From Negativicutes bacterium (GTDB lineage: Bacteria > Bacillota > Negativicutes > UBA1444), in NCBI GenBank assembly GCA_963665275.2, contig CAXXIN010000018.1:384001-448000 (forward strand): 64,000 nucleotides of DNA, read 5' to 3'. Both the position numbers and the translations under genes were made by a program. The notes under the pieces are model-generated. The model worked only from the letters and a program-made list of their open reading frames with translations, did not search any database and had not been told where the DNA came from. Shown here in pieces: positions 39,351 through 49,099 of the stretch (positions are counted from its first letter, which is position 1; the number at the start of each line of letters is the position of its first letter).

Positions 39351-40643
39351 ATGAAACAAACTACGAGGGTTTTCATTGCCAGCCTTATGGGGAGCGCGGT
39401 CGAATGGTTTGATTTTTTTCTCTATGGTTCATTAGCTCCGCTGGTCTTTAATAAATTATTCTTTCCGAATATTGATCCTACGATAGCTATGATGGTAGTT
39501 TATGCTTCTTTTGGCGTCCCGTTCTTTTTCCGGCCGCTCGGCGGAATTCTGTTCAGTCATTTAGGCGATAAAGTTGGCAGGAAAAAAACTTTGATAATGA
39601 CGTTATCCTTGATGGGCGGGGCAACATTTCTAATGGGCGTATTACCAGACTATCAAACCATTGGAATTGCTGCGCCAATTTTGCTCGTCTTCTTGCGAAT
39701 ATGTCAAGGGATTGCCTTAGGTGGTGAATGGGGCGGTTCGATGCTGCTATCAGTCGAATATGCGACCAAGGGGAGAAGAGGACTGTTTGGCAGCGTTCCG
39801 CAAATCGGAGTTTATCTGGGGATGCTGTTGGGGACAGTTTCACTTTCTTTGTTGAGCATACTTCCTAGTGCTCAATTTTTGACTTGGGGTTGGCGGATTC
39901 CTTTCCTTTTGAGTATAGTTTTGGTTCTTCTGGGACTTTGGATTCGAGGCGGAATTGACGAGACTCCTGAGTTCAAGGCAGCAAAAGATGAGGGAAGTCT
40001 GGCAAAATTTCCGCTCGGAGAGTTACTTCGCGACCATTGGCGCGTAGTCTTACTAGCTATAGGAGTAAAATTCATAGAGTCTTCGCCGTTCTATATCGTT
40101 GCAGTCTTTAGCATTTCCTATGCGACGAAATTTATAGGTTTTACTCAAATTAATGTGTTTAATGCCGTGACCGTGGCGACTATAATAACTGCAATAGCTA
40201 TACCTTTAGCGGGGATACTTTCAGATAAGATTGGTCGAGTACGTTTATATGCTTTGTGTAGCATTATTACAATGGCGTTTGCTTTTCCATATTTTTATCT
40301 GATTTCTTCGAAGAGTTTGGTTGCTCTTTACATAGCTACGGTTATAGGCATGTTAGTCTCATCACCGATGACTGCAATCCAGGGCACTTTATATTCGGAA
40401 ACATTTGATACTAAAACGCGTTTCACTGGAATCTCAATTGCACAATCCCTAGGAGCTGCAATATCCGGGGGTATGGCCCCGTTGGTAGCCACGGTCTTAC
40501 TTGCCGCCTACAATAACTCTTGGGTCCCTATTGCACTTTATCTCATAGGGTGTGGAGTGATATCCCTTACTTGTTTGTATTTTATGAATAATATTTCGAA
40601 AAGAAAGCAAATTAATGGAAGCTATTTTAAAATGGATGCGTGA
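39351..40643 (+). CDS. MFS metabolite:H+ symporter (MHS family, ShiA/ProP-like)
   Basis: EWFDFFLYG, RPLGG..GDKVGRK, QGIALGGEWGG and GWRIPF. Confidence 0.92.
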   Translation: MKQTTRVFIASLMGSAVEWFDFFLYGSLAPLVFNKLFFPNIDPTIAMMVVYASFGVPFFFRPLGGILFSHLGDKVGRKKTLIMTLSLMGGATFLMGVLPDYQTIGIAAPILLVFLRICQGIALGGEWGGSMLLSVEYATKGRRGLFGSVPQIGVYLGMLLGTVSLSLLSILPSAQFLTWGWRIPFLLSIVLVLLGLWIRGGIDETPEFKAAKDEGSLAKFPLGELLRDHWRVVLLAIGVKFIESSPFYIVAVFSISYATKFIGFTQINVFNAVTVATIITAIAIPLAGILSDKIGRVRLYALCSIITMAFAFPYFYLISSKSLVALYIATVIGMLVSSPMTAIQGTLYSETFDTKTRFTGISIAQSLGAAISGGMAPLVATVLLAAYNNSWVPIALYLIGCGVISLTCLYFMNNISKRKQINGSYFKMDA

Positions 40644-40870
40644 GAGTTGCCTGCTAAAAGTGATTTGATATTGTTGTAGGTGTTTCATGGAAAAGAAGCA
40701 TAACTTTCTGCCCATCAAGCAGGAGATAGGGGTATAATCACGAAGTTTTATGGTGTTTAGTGAGTTCGATTTTGATTTCATGGCGGATCATGCGGCGAAA
40801 TATAACTATAGCGCCTTCTGATTCGGCTTGGGCATAGGTGAAGGGTAATAAACAGAAGGAGGACTTTTAC

Positions 40871-41773
40871 ATGAAAAGGTTGACGAGTCTATTCCTTATT
40901 TTTGTCCTGTGTCTTGTCGCAAGCGTTGCCTGGGCCAAAGGCGATCCAATAACATCTGGCTTGCTGCCCAACTACGAATATACCCTAATGGGCTCTTTTG
41001 AAGTGAACGGACGCCAAGGAATTGCCACAGATGGAGAATATTATTATGTGAGTGGCAGCAAAGCGCTATACAAATATGACAAATCAGGCAAACTTCTATT
41101 GGCGAATGAAAACCCATTTGAAGGATATGCCATACCTTCGAATCATATCGGCGATATTGACGTATTCAACGGGGAAATATTCGTGAGTGCAGAAAATTTC
41201 ATGGATGGCGTGGGCAAGGACATTCAAATTGCCATTCACGATGCCGCCACGTTAAAACTGAAGCGGACCTTCCGATTCGAACCTTCCAGCGGACAGGAAG
41301 AAGTGTCCGGGATCACGGTGGACCGCGATAAAAAAACGGTTTGGATGTGTTCCTGGGTGGGAGAGGAAAGTGGGCGCTATCTATATGAATATAGTCTGGA
41401 TACTGGTGCGTATTTGCGAAAAATTCACCTGCAACCGGTGCCGCAATGGGTTCAGGGCGTATTTTACTGGAAAGGCGCTTTGTATTTGACGGCGGATGAC
41501 GGAACAGCCGACCTGGATGAGCCGGATCATCTTTATCGAGTCAACGTAACCGATCAAACCTATGCCGGCGTAGTCTTGGAAAAAACATTCACACAAGTAA
41601 AGAAACAGGGAGAGATAGAAGGATTGACCGTAGATCCGACAACCAATGAACTGCTGGTGCTCTTTAATCGCGGCGCACGTATCGTTCTCGGCATGGGAAA
41701 AGGTCTCTATCCCGGATATACAAAAGAAATTTCTGAAGTATATCGCTATAAAATGACCCCCATGGAAAAGTAG
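40871..41773 (+). CDS. Exported hypothetical protein, probable beta-propeller
   Basis: Signal peptide ending AWA; repeated blades QGIATDG, HIGDIDV, SGITVD, QGVFYW and EGLTVD; GGAGG RBS. Confidence 0.7.
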   Translation: MKRLTSLFLIFVLCLVASVAWAKGDPITSGLLPNYEYTLMGSFEVNGRQGIATDGEYYYVSGSKALYKYDKSGKLLLANENPFEGYAIPSNHIGDIDVFNGEIFVSAENFMDGVGKDIQIAIHDAATLKLKRTFRFEPSSGQEEVSGITVDRDKKTVWMCSWVGEESGRYLYEYSLDTGAYLRKIHLQPVPQWVQGVFYWKGALYLTADDGTADLDEPDHLYRVNVTDQTYAGVVLEKTFTQVKKQGEIEGLTVDPTTNELLVLFNRGARIVLGMGKGLYPGYTKEISEVYRYKMTPMEK

Positions 41774-41800
41774 ACAATACGTTCGAACCAGTACTGCGTA

Positions 41801-41860
41801 TTGAACTCTAAAGCAAGGGTTTGCAGCTTTATCGCCGCAAACCCTTGCTTTAGAGTTCAA
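41801..41860. repeat. 24-bp perfect inverted repeat
   Basis: TTGAACTCTAAAGCAAGGGTTTGC-N12-GCAAACCCTTGCTTTAGAGTTCAA. Confidence 0.8.
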
Positions 41861-42025
41861 CAGAAATCTTGGTTGCATATCTGGCATAATAACGAACTGG
41901 TCGCCGGCACAAGCCAATTCTAGCGTAATAAAGTATAATAATAAATTGAAACTATCGTTTGCAGGAGATCCTGTCTGCCTGCGCGAAAAACGATATATAA
42001 GCAAAAAACGAAAGTAGCTGAAGTA

Positions 42026-44434
42026 TTGACTCTAATTGCGGAAGTATGTATCAATGTTCAGGCCAGTCGTCTTCGACGGCCGTTTTCTTATCTGGTACCA
42101 GTCGAATTTCCATATCTGGACGCTGGATGGCGCGTTGTAGTTCCATTCGGTTCTTCGGATGCCGAAGGATTTGTGCTGGAAATTCGGGAATCTTCTCCCG
42201 ACGAAGAAGTGACATTACTGAAATCGATCCGAGACGTTCCAGATGATGAACCTTGGTTCGATGGGGAAATGTTGGAAACCGCCCGCTGGTTGAGTGAATA
42301 CTATGTTTGCTCGCTGGGGGAAGCACTGCGGCTCTTTATTCCCGGTAAGTCCGGGGTGCGCTCGGAAAAATTTTATCAAGTGGCTTCGGAAGACGACTGT
42401 TCCATGAATAGGGGAAAACTCTTTGAGTTCATTCAACAAAAAGGCTGTGTCAGTTTCCAAAGGTTGCGGGCTGAATTCAGTGCCGCCTGCAGGCAGGAAC
42501 TAACCGCTTTGGTACGGGATGGATATGTTATCGCCAGCCGCCAGACCCGCCAACGCGTGACGGAGAAATGGCTGCGAATTATTCGGCCTGCGCTACCTCC
42601 TGCTGCAGTGAAAGAAATACTTGCGGCTTGGAAAGGTAAACCGACGCAAAAACGTTTATTGGAAAAATTGCTGGAGTCGGGCGGCTTGCCGGTTTCACAG
42701 GAGCCAGGCGGGATCGCCTGGGATCCAGCCGTAAAAGCATTGATCGCGAGCGGGCTGGCCTGCGAAGAAAAAGTCAGGGTCAACCGTGACAGCTACTGCG
42801 AGATGAGCGGAATCTGCCCGCCGGTTCAGGCCACCTCTGCTCAGCAGTCCGCATTGGATAAAATCTTGCCCTCCATTTGCGAGCACAAACCAAACACTTT
42901 CTTGCTTTATGGCGTAACTGGCAGCGGCAAGACTGAAGTTTACCTGCAGGCAGCAGCCGCCGCTATCAAAGCTGGTCGCCAGACACTCGTGATGATCCCC
43001 GAAATCGCTCAAACGAGCCAGTTGCTCAGGCGATTTAAAGCGCGCTTTGGCCAGGCAGTGGCGGTTGTTCACAGTCGTCTGTCTGTCAGTGAACGACGTG
43101 ATGTTTGGGATCGTTTCCGCAACCGGGAGATTCATATTGTCATCGGAACCCGCTCAGCCTTATTCCTGCCGGGTGCTCATCTGGGGCTGATTATCATGGA
43201 TGAAGAACATGAGTTTACCTACAAACAGGAAGAATCTCCGCGGTATCATGTGCGGGAAACTGCACTCAAAAGAGCTTCCCTGCTGGGAGCGACCGTCGTG
43301 CTCGGCAGTGCAACTCCAGCACTGGAGTCTTATCATGCTACGATGTCAGGCCGTTATACCTTGCTGGAAATGCCGCACCGCGTTGATGGATCTACATTGC
43401 CAACAGTGGAAGTTGTTGATATGCGCGAGCAACTGAAACTGGGCCGTAAAAGCGTTGTCTCCGAACCGTTGGAACGTTTACTGAAAGAAACCAAAACCAA
43501 AGGGGAACAATCGATCCTGCTGCTGAACCGGAGGGGACATTCCACTTTTGTCATGTGTCGAGAATGTGGGTATGTGATGCGCTGTGAACATTGCAGCGTC
43601 CCATTGGTGTTTCACATGCACGGAGGTCGCCTTCGCTGCCACTATTGCGACTCGTTCCATGCGGTGCCGACGACCTGTCCTGCATGTCACGGCAAATATA
43701 TCCGTTATTTTGGCGCCGGAACTCAGCGCCTTGAGGAAGAATTGTCTGCCATGCTGCCGGGAATCCGGTTGACACGAATGGATCAGGATACTACCGGCGG
43801 AAAATCGGGCCACGATAAGATGCTGGATGTTTTTCGCGCCGGGAAATCGGATATTCTACTTGGAACCCAGATGGTTGCCAAAGGTCATGATATTGAGAAT
43901 GTAACTGCAGTCGGAATCCTGGCGGCGGATTCGTCGCTGAATCTCCCTGATTTTCGTGCTGCAGAGAGGTCCTTTGCCTTGGTCATGCAAGCTGCAGGCA
44001 GAGCCGGTCGCGGCGCCAAAGCAGGCCGCGTGGTAGTACAGACTTATCACCCGGAACATTATGCATTGCAGGCGGGAGCAGCACAAGATTATGCCGCCTT
44101 TTACAAACAGGAGATCGAGTTTCGTCGCCAACTGCGCTATCCGCCATTTGCTCAATTTGTGAAGATAACGGCTACTGGAACGGATGAAGCGCGTACGATG
44201 AAGTCTGCCGAAGAATTGGCTGCAATGTTGCGCGGACGATTCGATTCACAGCCGTGCCAAGTGGACATCATGGGCCCTTTTGTGCCACCGGTGTCAAAGA
44301 TAGGCGATGTATTTCGCGTGCATACGCTGCTGCGGGCAGCAGACTTGTCGATGGCAAAAAATGTGCTGGTGGAAACCGGTGTTGCCTGGGCCCGTGATGT
44401 GAGTATCGATGTTGACCCTCTCGGGATAATGTAG
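42026..44434 (+). CDS. priA: Primosomal protein N'
   Basis: GVTGSGKTEVY, DEEH, CxxC zinc motifs, GTQMVAKG and IDVDP. Confidence 0.96.
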   Translation: MTLIAEVCINVQASRLRRPFSYLVPVEFPYLDAGWRVVVPFGSSDAEGFVLEIRESSPDEEVTLLKSIRDVPDDEPWFDGEMLETARWLSEYYVCSLGEALRLFIPGKSGVRSEKFYQVASEDDCSMNRGKLFEFIQQKGCVSFQRLRAEFSAACRQELTALVRDGYVIASRQTRQRVTEKWLRIIRPALPPAAVKEILAAWKGKPTQKRLLEKLLESGGLPVSQEPGGIAWDPAVKALIASGLACEEKVRVNRDSYCEMSGICPPVQATSAQQSALDKILPSICEHKPNTFLLYGVTGSGKTEVYLQAAAAAIKAGRQTLVMIPEIAQTSQLLRRFKARFGQAVAVVHSRLSVSERRDVWDRFRNREIHIVIGTRSALFLPGAHLGLIIMDEEHEFTYKQEESPRYHVRETALKRASLLGATVVLGSATPALESYHATMSGRYTLLEMPHRVDGSTLPTVEVVDMREQLKLGRKSVVSEPLERLLKETKTKGEQSILLLNRRGHSTFVMCRECGYVMRCEHCSVPLVFHMHGGRLRCHYCDSFHAVPTTCPACHGKYIRYFGAGTQRLEEELSAMLPGIRLTRMDQDTTGGKSGHDKMLDVFRAGKSDILLGTQMVAKGHDIENVTAVGILAADSSLNLPDFRAAERSFALVMQAAGRAGRGAKAGRVVVQTYHPEHYALQAGAAQDYAAFYKQEIEFRRQLRYPPFAQFVKITATGTDEARTMKSAEELAAMLRGRFDSQPCQVDIMGPFVPPVSKIGDVFRVHTLLRAADLSMAKNVLVETGVAWARDVSIDVDPLGIM

Positions 44435-44512
44435 CAATGACCGTTTCATGGTAATTTCGGGGCACGTGTGATAAAATTTTAAATGAAACATTGTTTTTGT
44501 CAGGAGGTAGAC

Positions 44513-44974
44513 ATGTCAGTCCTGGATATTCGAAGGGCGGGGGATCCCGTTTTAAAAGAAAAAGCAAAGCCGGTCGCCAAAATCAATAAAATGGTGCGGG
44601 CGTTGATTGACAATATGGTCCAAACGATGAATGAAGCCGATGGAGTTGGATTGGCGGCTCCTCAGGTGGGCGTTTCCCTGCGGGTGATTGTCATTGACGT
44701 GGGTGACGGCCTCATTGAATTGATCAATCCTGAAATTGTAGAATCAGATGGATGTGAGACTTCAACGGAAGGATGTCTGAGCATTCCCGGCATGTTCGGC
44801 GAGGTGGAACGCTTTACCTGCGTAACCGTGCAGGGACTGGACCGCCACGGCAACCCTGTCAGTATTAAGGGGACTGAGCTATTGGCCAGAGCTCTGCAAC
44901 ATGAAATAGATCACCTAGAAGGCGTGCTGTTCATCGAACGGGCAAAATCGGTTTTCCGGGAGCATAAGGAATGA
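44513..44974 (+). CDS. def: Peptide deformylase
   Basis: GVGLAAPQVG, EGCLS and QHEIDHL. Confidence 0.97.
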   Translation: MSVLDIRRAGDPVLKEKAKPVAKINKMVRALIDNMVQTMNEADGVGLAAPQVGVSLRVIVIDVGDGLIELINPEIVESDGCETSTEGCLSIPGMFGEVERFTCVTVQGLDRHGNPVSIKGTELLARALQHEIDHLEGVLFIERAKSVFREHKE

Positions 44975-45909
44975 CAGGGCGTCGGGTAGTTTTCATGGGA
45001 ACGCCCGATTTCGCTGTTCCCTGTTTGCGTGCGATCGTTTCCGCTGGCTATGAGGTGTGCGGCGTAATAAGTCAACCGGACCGACCCAAAGGCCGCGGGC
45101 GCAAATTGTCTCCTTCCCCAGTGAAAGAGGCGGCGTTAGCTTTGGGATTGACAGTGGTAACTGTTGAGCGGGTGAAAGACCCCGCCTTTTTGGTGCAACT
45201 GAGGGAATGGGCTCCGGATGTCGCGGTGGTGGTGGCTTTTGGCCAAATCCTGCCCGAATCGGTGCTACAAGCACCCCGTTTGGGCTGCATCAATGTGCAT
45301 GCTTCGCTTTTGCCTGCATACCGGGGCGCAGCGCCGATCCATCGTGTAATCATCGATGGTGGAACACGAACCGGCATCACGACGATGCAAATGGACCGTG
45401 GCATGGATACCGGCGATATGCTATTGAATGAAGCGGTGGATATCACGCCTGACATGACCATGGGAGAGTTGCATGAGATTTTAAGTGAACGGGGAGCCGC
45501 GCTGATCGTCAAAACTCTGATACAGCTTTTTGATGGTACGGCGCACCCTCTTCCACAGGATTCTAGATTAGCCAGTTATGCTCCGATGCTGGATCGTGCA
45601 CTGGAACGCATTGACTGGAATAAGTCTGCTCAGAACATTCACGACTTAGTGCGGGGAATGAATCCCTGGCCTGGGGCCTATTGCGTATGCGATAATATCA
45701 CTTTGAAAATCTGGAAAACTCGTATTATTACTTCTGACGAACCCCTGATTCCTGGCCGCATCCATGCTATAACTCCAGACGGATTGATAGTGGAAACAGG
45801 GCAAAATATGATCGAATTACTGGAAGTCCAACCGGAATGTAAACGCCGTATGAGGGCGCGAGACTGCGCCTGCGGGTACTGCCTGACTCCGGGTACGGTA
45901 ATGAAATAG
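44971..45909 (+). CDS. fmt: Methionyl-tRNA formyltransferase
   Basis: FMGTPDFA and NVHASLLPAYRGAAPI. Confidence 0.97.
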   Translation: MTGRRVVFMGTPDFAVPCLRAIVSAGYEVCGVISQPDRPKGRGRKLSPSPVKEAALALGLTVVTVERVKDPAFLVQLREWAPDVAVVVAFGQILPESVLQAPRLGCINVHASLLPAYRGAAPIHRVIIDGGTRTGITTMQMDRGMDTGDMLLNEAVDITPDMTMGELHEILSERGAALIVKTLIQLFDGTAHPLPQDSRLASYAPMLDRALERIDWNKSAQNIHDLVRGMNPWPGAYCVCDNITLKIWKTRIITSDEPLIPGRIHAITPDGLIVETGQNMIELLEVQPECKRRMRARDCACGYCLTPGTVMK

Positions 45910-45918
45910 GAGAAATTT

Positions 45919-46704
45919 ATGCATATAGAGCTTTCGGCTCGGCCGAAAAAAAGGCTGTTTCTTGCCTTGATACTGGCAAGCCTTCTCTTGGCAGTGATTT
46001 CAACGCTGGGAATCTGGTTGGTCAGCATCCCGGGGTTGGCTGATATCAGCAAATCGCTTCCCATTATTTTGGGAGTCCTGCTTGCCTGTGTTGCGCTGAT
46101 TGCGATCGGTGGTGTTGCAGGGATCGTGTTGGCAATTATAGGCTTTCATACTCCTCGCTTTTTCCTTGGGCAGGCATGGTCAGTCATTAATCTTTTATTT
46201 CCTATCGCGATCCGTATTGGCAAAATTTTTGATATCGAGAAGGAGACCGTGGAACGATCCTTCATTGAAGTCAGCAATCATCTCGTGCGGCAAAAATTAA
46301 TCCGCGTCAAACCAGATCGTTTGTTGATCCTGACGCCTCACTGTATTCAAAAAGATACATGCCCGCACAAGATTACCCGTAACGTTAATAATTGCAAGCG
46401 TTGCGGTCAATGCCAGGTGAATGATTTGTTGCAGCTCACTGAAAAATATGGTGTGAATCTGGCCGTGGTCACAGGGGGAACGCTTGCCCGCAATGTTTTG
46501 AAAAATTTGCGTCCACAGGCTGTGTTGGCCATCGCCTGTGAACGTGATCTTACAAGCGGAATTCAGGATGTATTTCCGCTTCCAGTCATTGGAGTCCTGA
46601 ATGAGCGTCCCTTTGGCCCTTGCTGTAATACCCGCGTTGATATTCAACGCGTGGATGAATTGTTGCACGATATGATCGTGCCGCAGGAAGAACGGGTGTT
46701 ATGA
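45919..46704 (+). CDS. DUF116 family membrane protein
   Basis: Two TM helices; PHCIQ, CKRCGQC, TGGTLAR and AIACERDL. Confidence 0.85.
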   Translation: MHIELSARPKKRLFLALILASLLLAVISTLGIWLVSIPGLADISKSLPIILGVLLACVALIAIGGVAGIVLAIIGFHTPRFFLGQAWSVINLLFPIAIRIGKIFDIEKETVERSFIEVSNHLVRQKLIRVKPDRLLILTPHCIQKDTCPHKITRNVNNCKRCGQCQVNDLLQLTEKYGVNLAVVTGGTLARNVLKNLRPQAVLAIACERDLTSGIQDVFPLPVIGVLNERPFGPCCNTRVDIQRVDELLHDMIVPQEERVL

Positions 46705-48053
46705 TAGACAATTGGAATCGTTCGTCGCGTTCACTTGCCCTGGGCGTATTGCAGGATGTGTTTGTCAACGGCGCCTATGCGAACATCGCTTTATCCAAAA
46801 AACTGAATGAATCAAAATTATCGCCACTTGATCGACGATTAGCTACAGAACTGGTATATGGTTCAGTCAAAGCCTGTGGAACTCTCGACTGGCTTTTGGG
46901 CCATTATGTTAAGAAGCCTTTATCTCAGACAGATCCGTTAGTCGTGAATATCCTGCGCCTGGGCATGTACCAATTGTATTTTATGGACAAAATTCCCTCA
47001 TCGGCGGCAGTCAATGAGTCGGTAAACTTGGCAAAAACCTTCGCCCATCCGGGTGCCAGTGGCTTTGTTAACGCTGTCCTGCGGTCAGCCGTGCGGGAAC
47101 CGGAAAAAGTTCGTTATCCCAACCTTGCCAAGGATCCCCTGCGCCATATCGCGCTACGGGAATTCCACCCCGAATGGTTGGTACGACACTGGCTGGACAA
47201 GCTGGGAACAGGGGAAACGTTGGCCCTCTGTCATTTCAATAACTCCTATCCGCCGTTGTCCCTGCGAACTAACACGCTCCGAATCAGCCGGGAAGATTTG
47301 CTGCAAAAACTTGCAGAAGCTGGTGCGGAAGCAGAACCCTCCGTGCTAATCCCAGAAGGAATCCTGTGCCGCCGTATGGGGGATGAACCTCTGCGTTTTT
47401 TGCGGGAAGGGTTGTGTCAAGCACAGGATGAGAGCTCCATGTTGGTCGCCCATGTGGTGGCCCCGCAGCCGGGAGACTTCGTTATCGACGCCTGTGCTGC
47501 TCCCGGTGGAAAAAGTACACATATGGCGACTCTGATGCAAAATCAGGGACGGGTATTGGCGACTGATATTCATCCACATAAAATTCTACTTATTGAAGAC
47601 AATCGGCGGCGTTTGGGATTGGATATTATAGAGGCGAGACAATTGGATGCGACGGAATTGCATCTTTCTTATGCTATGCAGGCGGACCGGGTTCTCGTAG
47701 ATGCTCCGTGTTCGGGCCTTGGTGTTCTGCGGCGTCGGCCGGATGCCCGTTGGCGTAAAGAAACCTCATTGAAGGAATTGCCGGCATTGCAAAAGAAAAT
47801 TCTACAGAGCGCTGCCCAATGTGTTAAACCGGGGGGAGTCCTTGTCTACAGTACGTGTACGTTGGAGGAAGCTGAGAATGACTCCATCGTTCTCGAATTT
47901 TTGCAGGCAAACCCGGATTTTGCTCTGGATACGACAGGAGCCTATTTTCCGGTACCCCGTCAGGAATCGATGGTAACCTTATGGCCCCAGCGGGACGGAA
48001 CCGATGGTTTTTTTATAGCGCGGATGTCGCGTAAAGCGGAAGGTGTTGCATAA
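46701..48053 (+). CDS. rsmB: 16S rRNA m5C967 methyltransferase
   Basis: NusB-like N-terminus; DACAAPGGKS, DAPCSGLG and YSTCT. Confidence 0.95.
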   Translation: MIDNWNRSSRSLALGVLQDVFVNGAYANIALSKKLNESKLSPLDRRLATELVYGSVKACGTLDWLLGHYVKKPLSQTDPLVVNILRLGMYQLYFMDKIPSSAAVNESVNLAKTFAHPGASGFVNAVLRSAVREPEKVRYPNLAKDPLRHIALREFHPEWLVRHWLDKLGTGETLALCHFNNSYPPLSLRTNTLRISREDLLQKLAEAGAEAEPSVLIPEGILCRRMGDEPLRFLREGLCQAQDESSMLVAHVVAPQPGDFVIDACAAPGGKSTHMATLMQNQGRVLATDIHPHKILLIEDNRRRLGLDIIEARQLDATELHLSYAMQADRVLVDAPCSGLGVLRRRPDARWRKETSLKELPALQKKILQSAAQCVKPGGVLVYSTCTLEEAENDSIVLEFLQANPDFALDTTGAYFPVPRQESMVTLWPQRDGTDGFFIARMSRKAEGVA

Positions 48054-49099
48054 TGATAAAGGATATTTACGGTCTGTTTGTCGACGAAATTGCCTGGGAG
48101 TTTGAAAAGATAGGCATTGAAAAGTTTCGGGCCGCACAAGTTGCCGAGTGGATGTACAAGCGTTTCGCCACTGATTTCTCCCAGATGACGAATTTGTCTT
48201 CTCCTATGCGATCGATATTCCGGGAGCGTTTTTGTATCGATATTCCAGAAGAACAGGATATCAAACAGTCCGCAGACGGCAAAACTACCAAATATCTTCT
48301 TCGTTATTCAGACGGAGCCGCTGTAGAAACCGTACTCATGCGTCATCCCTATGGAAACAGCGTATGCGTGTCCAGTCAGGTGGGCTGCGGCATGGGCTGC
48401 AAATTTTGCGCGTCAACCTTGTCCGGCTTGGAACGCAACTTAACCGGTGGGGAGATGCTGGCTCAGATTCAGCATGTTCAGCGTTCGCTGGGCGAGGGGC
48501 AGCGTGTTACGTCGGTAGTCATCATGGGCGGCGGCGAGCCGCTGGCCAATCTGGATGAAGTACTGCGTTTTATGCGACTTTGTCACGAGCCCTATATCCT
48601 GGATATGGGATATCGTTCCTTCACCGTTTCTACCTGCGGCCTGGTGCCTGGTATCCATCGCCTGCAGGAGCAGGGGATGCCGGTGACTTTGTCCATATCC
48701 CTTCATGCACCGAACGATGAAATTCGATCGCGGATCATGCCCATCAGTCGTAAATATTCGGTGATGGAGCTTATGTCGGCTGCCAATGAATATGCGCTGA
48801 CAACCAAACGACGCGTTACTTATGAGTATGCCATGATCAACGGTGTCAATGACAGCCCCGAACATGCCAAGGAATTGGCCAATCTGTTGCGTGGCAAGCT
48901 GGCTGCCGTCAATCTGATCCCCTTGAATCCAGTTCCTGAGAGCGGACTGCAGCGATCAACCCCTGAGCGGATCGCTCGCTTCGAAGAGATGCTGAAGGTA
49001 CGAAGAATTACAGTGACTGTGCGTCGGGAAAGGGGAACTGACATCGACGCGGCTTGCGGCCAATTGCGCCAGAGAAATGAAAAAGGAGGGGTCCAATGA
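48053..49099 (+). CDS. rlmN: 23S rRNA m2A2503 radical-SAM methyltransferase
   Basis: CVSSQVGCGMGCKFC, MGGGEP, SLHA and DIDAACGQL. Confidence 0.95.
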   Translation: MIKDIYGLFVDEIAWEFEKIGIEKFRAAQVAEWMYKRFATDFSQMTNLSSPMRSIFRERFCIDIPEEQDIKQSADGKTTKYLLRYSDGAAVETVLMRHPYGNSVCVSSQVGCGMGCKFCASTLSGLERNLTGGEMLAQIQHVQRSLGEGQRVTSVVIMGGGEPLANLDEVLRFMRLCHEPYILDMGYRSFTVSTCGLVPGIHRLQEQGMPVTLSISLHAPNDEIRSRIMPISRKYSVMELMSAANEYALTTKRRVTYEYAMINGVNDSPEHAKELANLLRGKLAAVNLIPLNPVPESGLQRSTPERIARFEEMLKVRRITVTVRRERGTDIDAACGQLRQRNEKGGVQ

